A stretch of 32,000 bases of DNA from the NCBI RefSeq assembly GCF_000284115.1, contig NC_017080.1, positions 1,230,001 to 1,262,000 on the forward strand, written 5' to 3'. Under the pieces are notes generated by a model that was given only the letters and a program-made list of their open reading frames with translations, searched no databases and was not told the DNA's origin. Position 1 is the first letter of the stretch. The number at the start of each line of letters is the position of its first letter. A program made the translations under genes and the position numbers. The DNA comes from Phycisphaera mikurensis NBRC 102666. GTDB taxonomy: Bacteria; Planctomycetota; Phycisphaerae; Phycisphaerales; Phycisphaeraceae. Shown here in pieces: positions 18,249 to 27,850 of the stretch.

Positions 18249-21200
18249 CCCCCCCTCGCGATGAAGAACGACCTCCAACGGCTTCAACGTGTCCAAATGC
18301 ACATCCCGCTGCGGGAACGCGATGGTGATGCCCGCGTCGGCGAAGGCGTCGTCGATCGCGAGGTTCAGCTCCGAGAGGATCTGGAAGCGGCGGAGGACCT
18401 CCTTCACGAAGATGCGCAGCTCGAAATCGAGCGTGTTGTCGCCGAAGCCCATGAACAGGGCGCTCGCGGCGGGCTCGTTGAGCACGTCTTTGTGCTTGCG
18501 GGCGACCTGAATCAAGAGCTTCTGGGCCAGCCGGGTGTCGCTGCCGTAGGCGATGCCCACCGGGATGATGAGCCGGATCACCGGATTGGAGAGCGACCAG
18601 TTGATCAGCTGGCCGGTGATGAATTCCTTGTTCGGCACGATCAACTCGCGGAGGTCCAGGTCGGTGATCGTCGTCGCGCGGATGCGGATGCGGGTGACCA
18701 CGCCGGTGGTCTCGCCGATCGAGACCGTGTCGCCCACGCGGATCGGCCGCTCGAAGAGGATGATCAGGCCCGAGACGAAGTTCGCGAAAATCTCCTGCAG
18801 GCCGAACCCCAGGCCCACGGAGAGCGCAGCCACCAGCCACTGCAGCCGGCCCCAGCCCAGCCCGATCGCCGAGAGCGCGAGCAGCAGGCCCGCGGCGACG
18901 ATGACGTACTGCGTCAGCATCGTCGCCGCGTACCGCGTGCCGGCCTGCACGCTGAAGCGGGTGAGCACGAGCAGGTCGAGCAAGCCCGGCAGGTGGCGGC
19001 CGGTGGTGAAGGTGAGCACGAGCAGGGCGGCGCACAGCACCAGCTGGCCCAGCGTGACCGGCGTGGTGACGTCGACGCCGTCCACGGCCTCGGTCTGCTT
19101 GAGCAGCGGGAGCTTGACGGTGTTGAGGAACTCCAGCGCCGGGAGCAGGTCGCTCCAGACCAGGTAGAGCCCCAGGAGCAACGCCAGCCCGCAGCAGAGC
19201 TTGATCAGCTTGCCGGTCTTCTCGTTCAGCGAGAAGGGCGTGATCTGCGCGTCGCCCTCGACGGCCTGCTCGGCGATGGCGGCGAGCTGCTCGCGGGCGT
19301 CGTCCTCGCCCTCGTCGGTGTCCTCCTCGTCGTCGTCGCCCTCGATCGCGCCGGCCCGGCGGGCGGCCCGGGCGGCCTCTTTCTTCTCTTCCGCCGCCTT
19401 CTGAGCCGCGGCCGCCGCCGCCTTCTGCGCGTCCCGCTTGCGGAGCAGCTCGGCGTACATCAGCCGCCGGTGCGTCAGCCGCAGCCAGCGCAGGGCGAGC
19501 GCGTACGCGAGGACGACGGCGGTGATCAGCCACACCGTCCAGAGCAGCGCCCCCTCCAGCTGCAGGGCGCTGTAGTGGTAGCCCAGCGCCGACAGAACCG
19601 CGACCGCGAGCGGGGTCCCCACCAGCAGCGGGTACCACACGCGGTGGAAGCGGGCCAGGGGGCGGCCGGGCTCGTGCCACATCGCCGCGCCCAGTGCGCC
19701 GTGGCGGCGGAACATCAGCGCCATGAAGACGCTGACGCCCGCCAGCGTCACCAGCAGAAAGAGCCGGCTGATCAGGCGGAGGTCGACCTGCTCGAAGCCC
19801 GCGGCGTCGACCGCGGCGGCGGTGCTGGAGGTGCCCTCGGGCGACAGGAAGTTCGAGCAGAAGCGGAAGGCGGCGAGCAGGAGCCCGAGCTTGAGGATCG
19901 CCGAGCGGAGCGCCCGGCAGCCGGGCTTGGGCCAGAGGAAGTGGACCACGGCGAGCCCGTCCTCGCGGGTGATCGCCCGGACCAGCAGCACGGGTCCGAG
20001 CACCACCGCCGCCCCGACCAGGCCCGCGCCCACCTGCGCCACCACGCCCGCCTGCCCCGCCGGCGCCAGCGCCCGGCCGATGGCGAAGAGCATGAGCGGG
20101 AAGGGCAGCGCCACGAGCACCGTCGCGCCGAAGGCCCGCAGCGTGTAGCCGAAGCGGTCGCGGGCCAGGGTGCCCACCGGCTCGCCGAGCTCGCTGAGCA
20201 GCCGGCGCAGCCTCGACCGCACGATCAGCAGCACCAGCCCGAGGAGGAACAGCACCGCCTCGATGGCGGGGGGCGGCACCAGCCGCCGGCCGGCGGTCTC
20301 AACCGCGTCGGCGGGGTCCAGGCGGGTCCACCACTGCCACGCGGCGGAGGAGGCGCGGGGAAGATCGCCCAGCCCCAGGCGCCCCAGGTTCGGGGTCCAG
20401 AGCAGACGCTCGTCGAGGAAGTCGCGGTAGTCCCGCAGCGCGTCGAGGCGGTTCTGCTCCGCGGCGAGCAGGTCGACCACGTCGCTCTGCGCACGGTCGG
20501 CCGCGGCGGAGGTGGCATCGAGCAGCCGGCCATAAGCCGCGGCGAGTTCGTCGAGCCTCCGCAGCGCCGCGGCGCCCGCCGCGGGGCCGAGCGCTTCGCG
20601 GGCGGCGGCGATCCGCGTGCCGAGGTTCCGTTTGTCGTCGGCGAGGTCCAGCAGCGTGGTCGCGTACTCCGCGCGACGCTCCTGCAGCGCCCGGACGCGC
20701 TTGGCGAGCCCGGCGGGGTTCTCCAGCTCGCGCTGCCGCGCCTGGAACTGCACCCCCACCGCCTCGGTCATGCCGAACTCGACCCGCTCGCGCGCGGAGG
20801 CGAGCTGGTCGCGGTAGAGCGCGGCGTCCTCGGCCACCTTGCCGGCCTTGCCGGCGTAGGCCGCGGCTTCCTCCTCGATCTTCTGCTGCCGCTCGGCGAG
20901 CTCGACCAGCCGCTCGGCGAGCCGGCGGACCGCCTGCGGCAGATCGCCCGCGTCGGCGGCGGCCTGCCGAGCCGCTTGAGCCTGCGCCTCGGCTTCGGCC
21001 TGCCGCAGCGCCGCGTCGCGGGCGTTGAGCAGGTCCAGCGTCCGCTGGAGCCGGGCGCTGCGGACCTCCAGCGTCTCGAGCTTCAGGCGCGACAGCCGCT
21101 CCCGCAGCGGCAGCGAGGTGGCCAGGCCCACCAGCTGCTCCAGCTCGGCCTGGGCCGCCTGGAGCTGGGCCTCGCGGAGACTCCTCGCGGGGCCCTCCTC

Positions 21201-21731
21201 CGCCTCGGCGAGCAGCCGCTCGGCGTCGTCGACCGCTTCGCGGGCCGCCTCGGTTTCGGCCGCCAGGCCTTCGAGACGGCGTGTGAGGCGATCGGCCTCG
21301 GCCCGGGTGGAGACGACGCTCGCGCGGAGCGTGGCCGCCTCCGCCTCGTAATCCTCCAGCGCCGCCCGCAGCTCCCCGGGCGCCAGCGCCGCGACCGCGG
21401 CGCGGTCCAGCGGCGGCGCCGCCTCCCGCGCCGCGGCCAGCTCCGCCTCGGCTTCAGGCAGCAGCGTGCCGCGGGCGGAAGCGGCGAAGGCCACGTCGGC
21501 GTCGGTCCGCGCTTCCGAGGCCGCGCGTGCGGCCTCGGCGGAGGCTTGCTCTTCCGCGAGGTCGGGTGCGGGCGTCGCCGCGTCGGAGCTGGGCGTCGGG
21601 GCCGAGGCCGCCTCGAAGCCGGGCAGCTGGCCGGCCGCGTCCACCGCCGGGGCGGTCGGCAGCGCCGCCGACAGCAGCAGCAGCAGCAGACACGCGGCGT
21701 GGCGCCTCGGCCGGGGGCGGGAACGTCTCAC
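18201..21731 (-). CDS. Large mechanosensitive ion channel (MscS superfamily, MscK/MscM-like) with periplasmic coiled coil
   Basis: Signal peptide, long coiled coil, multiple TM segments, MscS core ALSVGLGFGLQEIFANFVSGLIILFERPIRVGDTVSIGETTGVVTRIRIRATTITDLDLRELIVPNKEFITGQLINWSLSNPVIRLIIPVGIAYG; C-terminus lies within the repeat. Confidence 0.92.
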   Translation of the reverse strand: MRRSRPRPRRHAACLLLLLLSAALPTAPAVDAAGQLPGFEAASAPTPSSDAATPAPDLAEEQASAEAARAASEARTDADVAFAASARGTLLPEAEAELAAAREAAPPLDRAAVAALAPGELRAALEDYEAEAATLRASVVSTRAEADRLTRRLEGLAAETEAAREAVDDAERLLAEAEEGPARSLREAQLQAAQAELEQLVGLATSLPLRERLSRLKLETLEVRSARLQRTLDLLNARDAALRQAEAEAQAQAARQAAADAGDLPQAVRRLAERLVELAERQQKIEEEAAAYAGKAGKVAEDAALYRDQLASARERVEFGMTEAVGVQFQARQRELENPAGLAKRVRALQERRAEYATTLLDLADDKRNLGTRIAAAREALGPAAGAAALRRLDELAAAYGRLLDATSAAADRAQSDVVDLLAAEQNRLDALRDYRDFLDERLLWTPNLGRLGLGDLPRASSAAWQWWTRLDPADAVETAGRRLVPPPAIEAVLFLLGLVLLIVRSRLRRLLSELGEPVGTLARDRFGYTLRAFGATVLVALPFPLMLFAIGRALAPAGQAGVVAQVGAGLVGAAVVLGPVLLVRAITREDGLAVVHFLWPKPGCRALRSAILKLGLLLAAFRFCSNFLSPEGTSSTAAAVDAAGFEQVDLRLISRLFLLVTLAGVSVFMALMFRRHGALGAAMWHEPGRPLARFHRVWYPLLVGTPLAVAVLSALGYHYSALQLEGALLWTVWLITAVVLAYALALRWLRLTHRRLMYAELLRKRDAQKAAAAAAQKAAEEKKEAARAARRAGAIEGDDDEEDTDEGEDDAREQLAAIAEQAVEGDAQITPFSLNEKTGKLIKLCCGLALLLGLYLVWSDLLPALEFLNTVKLPLLKQTEAVDGVDVTTPVTLGQLVLCAALLVLTFTTGRHLPGLLDLLVLTRFSVQAGTRYAATMLTQYVIVAAGLLLALSAIGLGWGRLQWLVAALSVGLGFGLQEIFANFVSGLIILFERPIRVGDTVSIGETTGVVTRIRIRATTITDLDLRELIVPNKEFITGQLINWSLSNPVIRLIIPVGIAYGSDTRLAQKLLIQVARKHKDVLNEPAASALFMGFGDNTLDFELRIFVKEVLRRFQILSELNLAIDDAFADAGITIAFPQRDVHLDTLKPLEVVLHREGGASAAPTKRRSEEVRK

Positions 21732-21786
21732 CCCGGGAAGGTACCGGTGGAGCGGGCGGCTTCGGGATCGCGGAGCGGCCGACGGC

Positions 21787-22176
21787 TCACCGGCCGAGCT
21801 TCTCGCGGATGCGGGCGATGATCTCGGTGCCCACCGCCGCCTCGCCCATCGCGCCGACCATCACGCTCACCTCCGTGCGCGTCGGGTCCTCCTGGGCCGC
21901 GTACACCTCCACCCGCGTCCGCTCCCGCGTGAAGCCGGTGATCTCGCCGTCGACGTCGGTCGCCGTCGCCGTCACCTCCTCGAGCCCCATCTCCTCGAGG
22001 ACCGCCGCCGCGGCTTCGGTGGTGTCCGCGACGGTCGACGCGACGATGGCGTACTGGCTGCCGAAGGCGCTCTTGACCCCGGGCTGGCGCGTCTGGCAGC
22101 CGCCGATGGCGGCGAGGGAGGCGAGGAGGCACCAGGCCCAGAGCGGGGCGAACAAGAAGCGGGGGGCTCGGGTCAT
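21787..22176 (-). CDS. Small lipoprotein, possibly DUF3568-like
   Basis: MTRAPRFLFAPLWAWCLLASLAAIGGCQTRQP (lipobox-like) followed by a small alpha/beta domain. Confidence 0.6.
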   Translation of the reverse strand: MTRAPRFLFAPLWAWCLLASLAAIGGCQTRQPGVKSAFGSQYAIVASTVADTTEAAAAVLEEMGLEEVTATATDVDGEITGFTRERTRVEVYAAQEDPTRTEVSVMVGAMGEAAVGTEIIARIREKLGR

Positions 22177-22290
22177 CGGGGGGTTCAGGGGGCGGGGCAC
22201 CGGCGGGAGGCCGGGGCGGCCGGCGTCGGGAGCGCTAGAATCGGCCGAAGCGTCGCCGCCGGCCCAGCTTCTCCCGCCCGCGAGCCCCGC

Positions 22291-22584
22291 ATGCCGTTCT
22301 GCGTCACCGAAGCCGCCCGCGACGAGCTCATCGAGATGCTCGAGCGCGTGGACGCCCCCGATTCCCGCACCGCCCGCTTCGTGGTCCGGGGGGACCGCCT
22401 GCGCCTCACGATCGACCAGCGCCGCCGCGGCGACGTCAGGGTCGACCACGCGGGCCGCACCGTGCTGGTGCTCGGGCCGGACGTGGCGGACCTGCTCGAC
22501 GGCCAGCAGCTCGACAAGGCGGACCTTGGCTCCGGTGGCCGCCTGAAGCGGCGGGGCCTGACGATCACGGCGCAGGGGGGATGA
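22291..22584 (+). CDS. Small HesB-fold-like protein without cysteine ligands
   Basis: MPFCVTEAARDELIEMLERVDAPDSRTARFVVRGDRLRLTIDQ...; ORF 21466..22584 trimmed to ATG at 22291; family assignment tentative. Confidence 0.5.
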   Translation: MPFCVTEAARDELIEMLERVDAPDSRTARFVVRGDRLRLTIDQRRRGDVRVDHAGRTVLVLGPDVADLLDGQQLDKADLGSGGRLKRRGLTITAQGG

Positions 22585-22700
22585 CCCCCGGCGTTGCCGC
22601 ACGAGGCCGCGGCCGCCCGTCGCCGGAACCGATTCTCGCCGGGGCGGACGCCGGCGTGTTGCGCCAGCCGGGCGTTCAGGGTGTTCCTCCCCGGGGCGGA

Positions 22701-22913
22701 TCAGGTCGTGCCGTCCAGCGTGAAGCCCACCTTGATCGTCACCTGGTAGTGGACGACCTTCCCGTCCTGGAGGTGCCCCCGCGTCTCGACCACCTCGAAC
22801 CAGCCGAGGTTCTTCAGCGTCTGGTCCGCCCGGGCGATCGCGTTCTCGATGGCCTCCTCGATCGAGTTCTCCGAAGAGCCGACGAGTTCAACCTTCTTGT
22901 AGATGTGGTCCAT
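22701..22913 (-). CDS. Dodecin family flavin-binding protein
   Basis: [67 protein letters not shown] is characteristic of dodecins. Confidence 0.93.
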   Translation of the reverse strand: MDHIYKKVELVGSSENSIEEAIENAIARADQTLKNLGWFEVVETRGHLQDGKVVHYQVTIKVGFTLDGTT

Positions 22914-22956
22914 GCGGGCACGCTAGCGCGTGCGGGCGCGACTCGGGTCTCGCGCC

Positions 22957-23406
22957 TCAGCGGTTCCAGTGCGCCTCGACCGCCTCGGCGGGGTCCTCGC
23001 CCTCGGGGACGAAGACCAGGCAGGCGCCGTTGACGCAGTGGCGCTTGCCGGTTTTGTCCCGCGGGCCGTCGTTGAAGACGTGGCCGAGGTGGCTGCCGCA
23101 GGCGGCGCACCGCATCTCGGTCCGACGCATCCCAAAGGCGAGGTCCTCGTGCAGCGTGATCGCGTCGGGGCGGATCTCCTCGAAGAACGACGGCCAGCCG
23201 CAGCCGGAGTGGAACTTCGTGCTCGAGGGGTACAGGGCGTTGCCGCAGGCGGCGCAGCAGTACAGGCCCGCGGCCTCCTGGTTCAGGTAGCGGCCCGAGC
23301 CGGCGGGCTCGGTCGCCGACTCCCGCAGGATCCGGTACTCGTTGGGGTCGAGCCGCTCCCGGTACGCGGCGTCGTCGGCGGGGCGGGCTTCGGGCAGGTC
23401 GCTCAT
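22957..23406 (-). CDS. msrB: Peptide-methionine (R)-S-oxide reductase
   Basis: GLYCCAACGNALYPSSTKFHSGCGWPSFFE, RCAACGSHLGHVFNDGP, RHCVNGACLVF. Confidence 0.96.
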   Translation of the reverse strand: MSDLPEARPADDAAYRERLDPNEYRILRESATEPAGSGRYLNQEAAGLYCCAACGNALYPSSTKFHSGCGWPSFFEEIRPDAITLHEDLAFGMRRTEMRCAACGSHLGHVFNDGPRDKTGKRHCVNGACLVFVPEGEDPAEAVEAHWNR

Positions 23407-23600
23407 GCGCGAAGGTAGGGCCCGCGCTGGGCGAAGGACACCCGACGCGGAGCGCCGCGTCGCTTGGCGGCCGGGCGTGGCAGATTGTGGCGTCGCCTCG
23501 CTGGACTTGCCGTTCCGGGTTGCCTAGAAAACGTCCAGATCGTTCAGGCCTCTGTCCCAGAAGCCCGATCCGCCGTGACCCCTTTTTTGGTTCCATCCTC

Positions 23601-24149
23601 ATGCGTACGCCCACCCGCCCCCTCGCCGCCTCCGCCCTCGCCCTCGCCGCGGGCGTCTTCGCCGGGACCGCGGCCCCGGCCGCCACGGCCGCGCCGCCGG
23701 CCGCGGACCTCGGGCACCACGAAGGCAAGCACGCGAAGAAGGACCTCGTCGGCACCGCGCTCGAGAACGGCAGCTTCACCACGCTGCTCGCGGCCGCCGA
23801 GGCCGCCGGGCTCGTCGAGACGCTCAAGAGCGAGGGTCCCTACACGCTGCTTGCGCCGACCGACGCCGCCTTCGCCAAGCTGCCGGCCGGCGCCATCGCC
23901 GACCTGCTCAAGCCCGAGAACAAGGAGAAGCTCAAGAGCGTCCTCCTGTACCACGTCGTCGACGGCAAAGCCCTCGCCGAGGACGTGAGCGGCATGTCGG
24001 AGGTCGAGACGCTCGAGGGCTCGATGGTCGAGGTCTCCACCGAGGACGGCAAGGTGATGCTCAACGACGCGACGGTCGAGGCCGCCGACGTGATGGCGAG
24101 CAACGGCGTGATCCACGTGATCGACACCGTGCTGATGCCCGAGGGCTGA
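23601..24149 (+). CDS. Secreted fasciclin-domain protein
   Basis: Signal peptide; ENGSFTTLLAAAEAAGLVETLKSEGPYTLLAPTDAAFAKLPAGAIADLL...LKSVLLYHVVDGK...VTVEAADVMASNGVIHVIDTVLMP-type FAS1 pattern. Confidence 0.93.
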   Translation: MRTPTRPLAASALALAAGVFAGTAAPAATAAPPAADLGHHEGKHAKKDLVGTALENGSFTTLLAAAEAAGLVETLKSEGPYTLLAPTDAAFAKLPAGAIADLLKPENKEKLKSVLLYHVVDGKALAEDVSGMSEVETLEGSMVEVSTEDGKVMLNDATVEAADVMASNGVIHVIDTVLMPEG

Positions 24150-24173
24150 TCCACACCCGCCGGAGCGAAATCC

Positions 24174-24210
24174 GAGCCCGCCCGTCTCGCGACGCGGCGG
24201 GCTCGTTGCG
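24174..24210 (+). terminator. Probable intrinsic terminator after the fasciclin CDS
   Basis: GAGCCCGCC (24174-24182) / GGCGGGCTC (24196-24204) then GTTGCGTTT. Confidence 0.6.
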
Positions 24211-24249
24211 TTTCCCGAGGCTCCCACCGCGTGCCGCCTCCGAGCGGAT

Positions 24250-24295
24250 CCGCGGACCGCCGGCCTCGCGGACCAAAGACCGCGATGGTCCGCGG
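24250..24295. repeat. Inverted repeat with two competing 5' arms between convergent genes
   Basis: CGCGGACC at 24251-24258 and again at 24267-24274; both complementary to GGTCCGCG at 24287-24294. Confidence 0.6.
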
Positions 24296-24303
24296 GATCG
24301 CGA

Positions 24304-24951
24304 TTAGGTCGCGTCGGGCTGGTTCTGCGCCCAGATCGTCACCGCCTCGGGCTGCCGGGGGTACAGCGGTCGGGCGTCTTCGGGCCGGTCGCAGCGGCCG
24401 GCGCCGACGGCGGCGCGGGCGAGGCGGAAGAGCACGGCGAGGTCGACCACCGGGGCGGCGTCGCCGTGCGGCGGGTCGGCGAGCAGCGGGCGGCCCAGGG
24501 CCCGCGCCTCGGCGAGCGGCCGCAGGCCCGGGGCGACGCCGGCGGCGGCCGTCCAGGCCGTGTCCCGCTTCACGGCGAGGGCGACGGCGGCCCCGGGGTG
24601 CGCGGCGAGCAGCGCCTCGGCGGTGGGGATGCCGGCGATCCGCAGCGGGGCGACGCCGGCCCGTGCTCCGCGGGCGAGGCGGAGGACCTGCACGGTGGCG
24701 GCGGCGACGCGGAGGCCGGTGAAGGAGCCCGGACCCCTCGCCCAGCCGACCCAGGCGAGGTCGGCGGGCACGGAGCCGGCCGCCCGCAGGAGCCCGTCGG
24801 CGGCGTGCAGCACGTCGACGTGGTGGCGGCGAGCGGGGGCGGTTCGGGCTTCGCTCAGCGCTTCGTCCCCGCGGGCGAGCCCGACCCGGGCCCCGCGGCC
24901 GCCGTGATCGATCACCAGCCCCCAGCCGTTCTCGGGCGCGGCGCCGCTCAC
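24304..24951 (-). CDS. tsaB: tRNA threonylcarbamoyladenosine biosynthesis protein TsaB
   Basis: HHVDVLHAADGLLRAAGSVPADLAWVGWARGPGSFTGLRVAAATVQVLRLA; C-terminal ARPLYPRQPEAV; probable GTG start overlapping the trpD stop. Confidence 0.88.
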   Translation of the reverse strand: MSGAAPENGWGLVIDHGGRGARVGLARGDEALSEARTAPARRHHVDVLHAADGLLRAAGSVPADLAWVGWARGPGSFTGLRVAAATVQVLRLARGARAGVAPLRIAGIPTAEALLAAHPGAAVALAVKRDTAWTAAAGVAPGLRPLAEARALGRPLLADPPHGDAAPVVDLAVLFRLARAAVGAGRCDRPEDARPLYPRQPEAVTIWAQNQPDAT

Positions 24952-25937
24952 CCCGCGGAGAGCCGCACGAGGTCGGCGAGCGTCCGACGCCCGGCCCCGG
25001 AGTCGATGGCTTGCGACGCGGCCGTGAGGCCTTCGGCGAGCGACTCGACGCAGCCGCCCACCTGGAGCGCCGCGGCGGCGTTGAGGATGACGATGTCGCG
25101 GCAGGGGCCGTCCTCCCCATCGAGCACGCGGCGGATGACGGCGGCGGAGGCCTCCGGTCCGTCCACGCGCAGCGCGGCCGGGTGGCTCCACGATAGACCC
25201 AAGTCGCTGGGATCGATCTCCTCGTCCTTGAGCGTGGGCGGCTCGCCGGGCCCGCCGGAGCGCACGCGGCAGGCGTGGGTGGGGCCGCAGGTGGAGACCT
25301 CGTCGAGGCCGTCGGTGTGCGAACCATCGGCGTCGGGGATCAGCCCGCTGACGACCAGCGCGTGATCCACCCCGAGCCGGCCGAGCACCTCGGCCATCGG
25401 CCGCACGAGCCGCCGCGTGTAGACGCCCAGCAGCATCCGCCGCACCCCCGCGGGGTTGGTGAGGGGGCCGACGAGGTTGAAGATCGTGCGGAAGCCCAGA
25501 TCCGCCCGCACCGGCCCGGCGAAGCGCATCGCCGGGTGGTGGGCGGGCGCGTGGAAGAACGCGATGCCCGCCTCGTCGAGGCAGCGCGACAGCGTCTGGA
25601 CCGGGCCGCCGAGCGTCACGCCCAGCGCCTCGAGCGCCTGGCTCGAGCCCGATCGGCTCGTCACCGCCTTGTTCCCGTGCTTCGCCACGCCAAGGCCCAT
25701 CTCCCGCCCGGCCGCGGCCGTCACGATCGCCGCCGACGTCGACACGTTGAAGGTGCCCGCGTGGTCTCCACCGGTGCCGACGATGTCGATCCCGGTGCGG
25801 TTCCGCGGCATCGGCACGCCGACCGCCCGGGCCCGCATCGCCGCCGCGGCCCCGTGAAGCTCGTCGACCGTCGCGCCCCGCACCTGGATCATCGACAGCA
25901 GCGCCGCGATCTGCGGCGGCGTCGCCCCGCCGTCCAT
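24948..25937 (-). CDS. trpD: Anthranilate phosphoribosyltransferase (true start may be upstream)
   Basis: DIVGTGGDHAGTFNVSTSAAIVTAAAGREMGLGVAKHGNKAVTSRSGSSQALEALGV; VFNLVGPLTNP-type region TIFNLVGPLTNPAGV. Confidence 0.95.
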   Translation of the reverse strand: MDGGATPPQIAALLSMIQVRGATVDELHGAAAAMRARAVGVPMPRNRTGIDIVGTGGDHAGTFNVSTSAAIVTAAAGREMGLGVAKHGNKAVTSRSGSSQALEALGVTLGGPVQTLSRCLDEAGIAFFHAPAHHPAMRFAGPVRADLGFRTIFNLVGPLTNPAGVRRMLLGVYTRRLVRPMAEVLGRLGVDHALVVSGLIPDADGSHTDGLDEVSTCGPTHACRVRSGGPGEPPTLKDEEIDPSDLGLSWSHPAALRVDGPEASAAVIRRVLDGEDGPCRDIVILNAAAALQVGGCVESLAEGLTAASQAIDSGAGRRTLADLVRLSAG

Positions 25938-26172
25938 GACGGTGTCGAAGGCCTCGCGGGCGTCTTCGTGGGAGAGCGGCTGGCCGGTGACGAGGTGAGA
26001 GAGGATGCGGTGGATGACGGGTTCCTTCGGCGTTCTCCGGCGGCCCTGCCGGCTGCGGCTTGGGCGGGCACGGTACCCGCTGATTCGCCCGCGCCGGCGG
26101 CGGACCCGCGGCCGGTCGGCCCGGACGGCGTCGCCCGCGGGAGCGTGGCGACCCGCGGCCGCGGCCGCGGGC

Positions 26173-26394
26173 TCAGGTCAGCCAGCGGAGCAGCAGCGCC
26201 AGCGCGACCATCGCCGCCAGCACCTCGCCCGCGAGCTTCAACGACTCGGGGACGAGCCGGTCGAGCGTGGGCAGCTTCAGCGTCTTGTAGACCAGCGCGA
26301 CCGCGAAGAGCAGCGGCAGCAGCAGCAAAGGCCACCAGCCGTCGACGTCGAGCGGGTCGATGAAGGGGCGGTAGGTGGCGAGCGACGCGGGCAT
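26173..26394 (-). CDS. Small membrane protein (73 aa)
   Basis: MPASLATYRPFIDPLDVDGWWPLLLLPLLFAVALVYKTLKLPTLDRLVPESLKLAGEVLAAMVALALLLRWLT; TGATG-type overlap with the upstream CDS. Confidence 0.75.
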   Translation of the reverse strand: MPASLATYRPFIDPLDVDGWWPLLLLPLLFAVALVYKTLKLPTLDRLVPESLKLAGEVLAAMVALALLLRWLT

Positions 26395-26993
26395 CAGGCG
26401 GCGGGTCCGGCGGGGTCTGCGGCGGGCGAGGGCGCGCCGGCGGGCGGCTCCGCCGGCGCGGCGCCGTCGGACCGGCGGCGCGGCCCGCGGCGACGCTCGT
26501 GGGACGGGCGGCGGTGGGCGACGTCGAGGATCGCGAGCAGGTTCAGCAGCCCCGCGGCCGCGGTGTAGAGGGTGCCCTGCTCCTGCGAGCGGCCGAAGGA
26601 GGGCGCGTAGGCCGCGACGGCGGCCTCGCCGCCCGGCCGGTTCACCGCCCGCACCGCCCGGTCGCGCAGCTTCTGGTGGTGGGCGTCGACCAGGAAAGCG
26701 GGAGCGACGAGCGCCTGGCTGATGAACCAGGCGGGGTGGTCGCGCCGGTCGACCACCGCCACGCCGCCGATGAGCAGCCCCGCGAGGAACAGCGTAGTGA
26801 TCGCGACGGCGAGGACGAGCCCGCGGTGGGTCCTCCCCAGCAGGAGGTGTCCCAGGCCCGGAAAGCCCCACGCCACCGCCGCCGCGAGCAGGTGCTGCGC
26901 GAGCGGCCGGTCGCGCGGCTCGCCGGCGCCGGCGGCCGCGGCGGCCGCGGGGGAGCCGGCGGCTGCGGATTGGGCATCGGGCGTGTGCGGCAT
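26394..26993 (-). CDS. Membrane protein, planctomycete-type DUF6677-like
   Basis: LAQHLLAAAVAWGFPGLGHLLLGRTHRGLVLAVAITTLFLAGLLIGG...; ATG at 26993 within ORF 26394..27113; family name from memory. Confidence 0.65.
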   Translation of the reverse strand: MPHTPDAQSAAAGSPAAAAAAGAGEPRDRPLAQHLLAAAVAWGFPGLGHLLLGRTHRGLVLAVAITTLFLAGLLIGGVAVVDRRDHPAWFISQALVAPAFLVDAHHQKLRDRAVRAVNRPGGEAAVAAYAPSFGRSQEQGTLYTAAAGLLNLLAILDVAHRRPSHERRRGPRRRSDGAAPAEPPAGAPSPAADPAGPAA

Positions 26994-27090
26994 CGCGAGG
27001 GGTGGGCGCGGGCGGGTCGTGGCGCGGGGCGGGTGTGCGACCCGGTGGCACGGGCCTCCGGTGAATGGGAACATCGGCTCGCCGGCCCCG

Positions 27091-27118
27091 TTGACAACCC
27101 TCCGGCTGCGCATAGCCT
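27091..27118 (+). promoter_or_regulatory. Possible sigma70-type promoter for the acidic-tail CDS
   Basis: TTGACA (27091-27096), 16-nt spacer, TAGCCT (27113-27118) in a locally less GC-rich stretch about 80 nt upstream of the ATG at 27198. Confidence 0.4.
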
Positions 27119-27197
27119 AAAACCGCTGCGTGACCCCCGCCGCCCGACACCCCGGCGGCGTGTTCTCCGATCACGAAACCGCGAGCTGGACCTGACC

Positions 27198-27566
<369 letters not shown>

Positions 27567-27597
27567 CACGCATCCCCGGATCCAAGCGGGCGGCCGA

Positions 27598-27645
27598 GCC
27601 GATCCCGTTGGGGTGGAGAGCGCCGCATGCGGGAGCGGGATCGGC
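27598..27645. terminator. Nested inverted repeat between convergent genes
   Basis: GCCGATCCCG (27598-27607) / CGGGATCGGC (27636-27645) enclosing CCGCATGCGG. Confidence 0.4.
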
Positions 27646-27850
27646 CCCCAGCGGGCGTGGCACCCCGTGAGCGGACGCCCGAGAGGCTCAACGGATCCGC
27701 GTGAGCGGTGGCTCCGCGTCGGGGGCGGTTGCGGGGGGTCCCGCCCGCTGCGGTCGCCCGTCGCATTTCGGGGCCGGGCCCGCCGATCGAAGAGCTCCTC
27801 CCGCACCGCCGGCACCCGGGCCCCATCGCCAGCTCCGCGTCGGTGGGCGC

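Noticed and set aside
18165-21821. 1218-aa plus-strand ORF antisense to the mechanosensitive channel
   Set aside because: Composition is Arg/Gly/Ala/His-rich with no recognisable domain; it mirrors the true coding frame, a standard artefact at this GC content.
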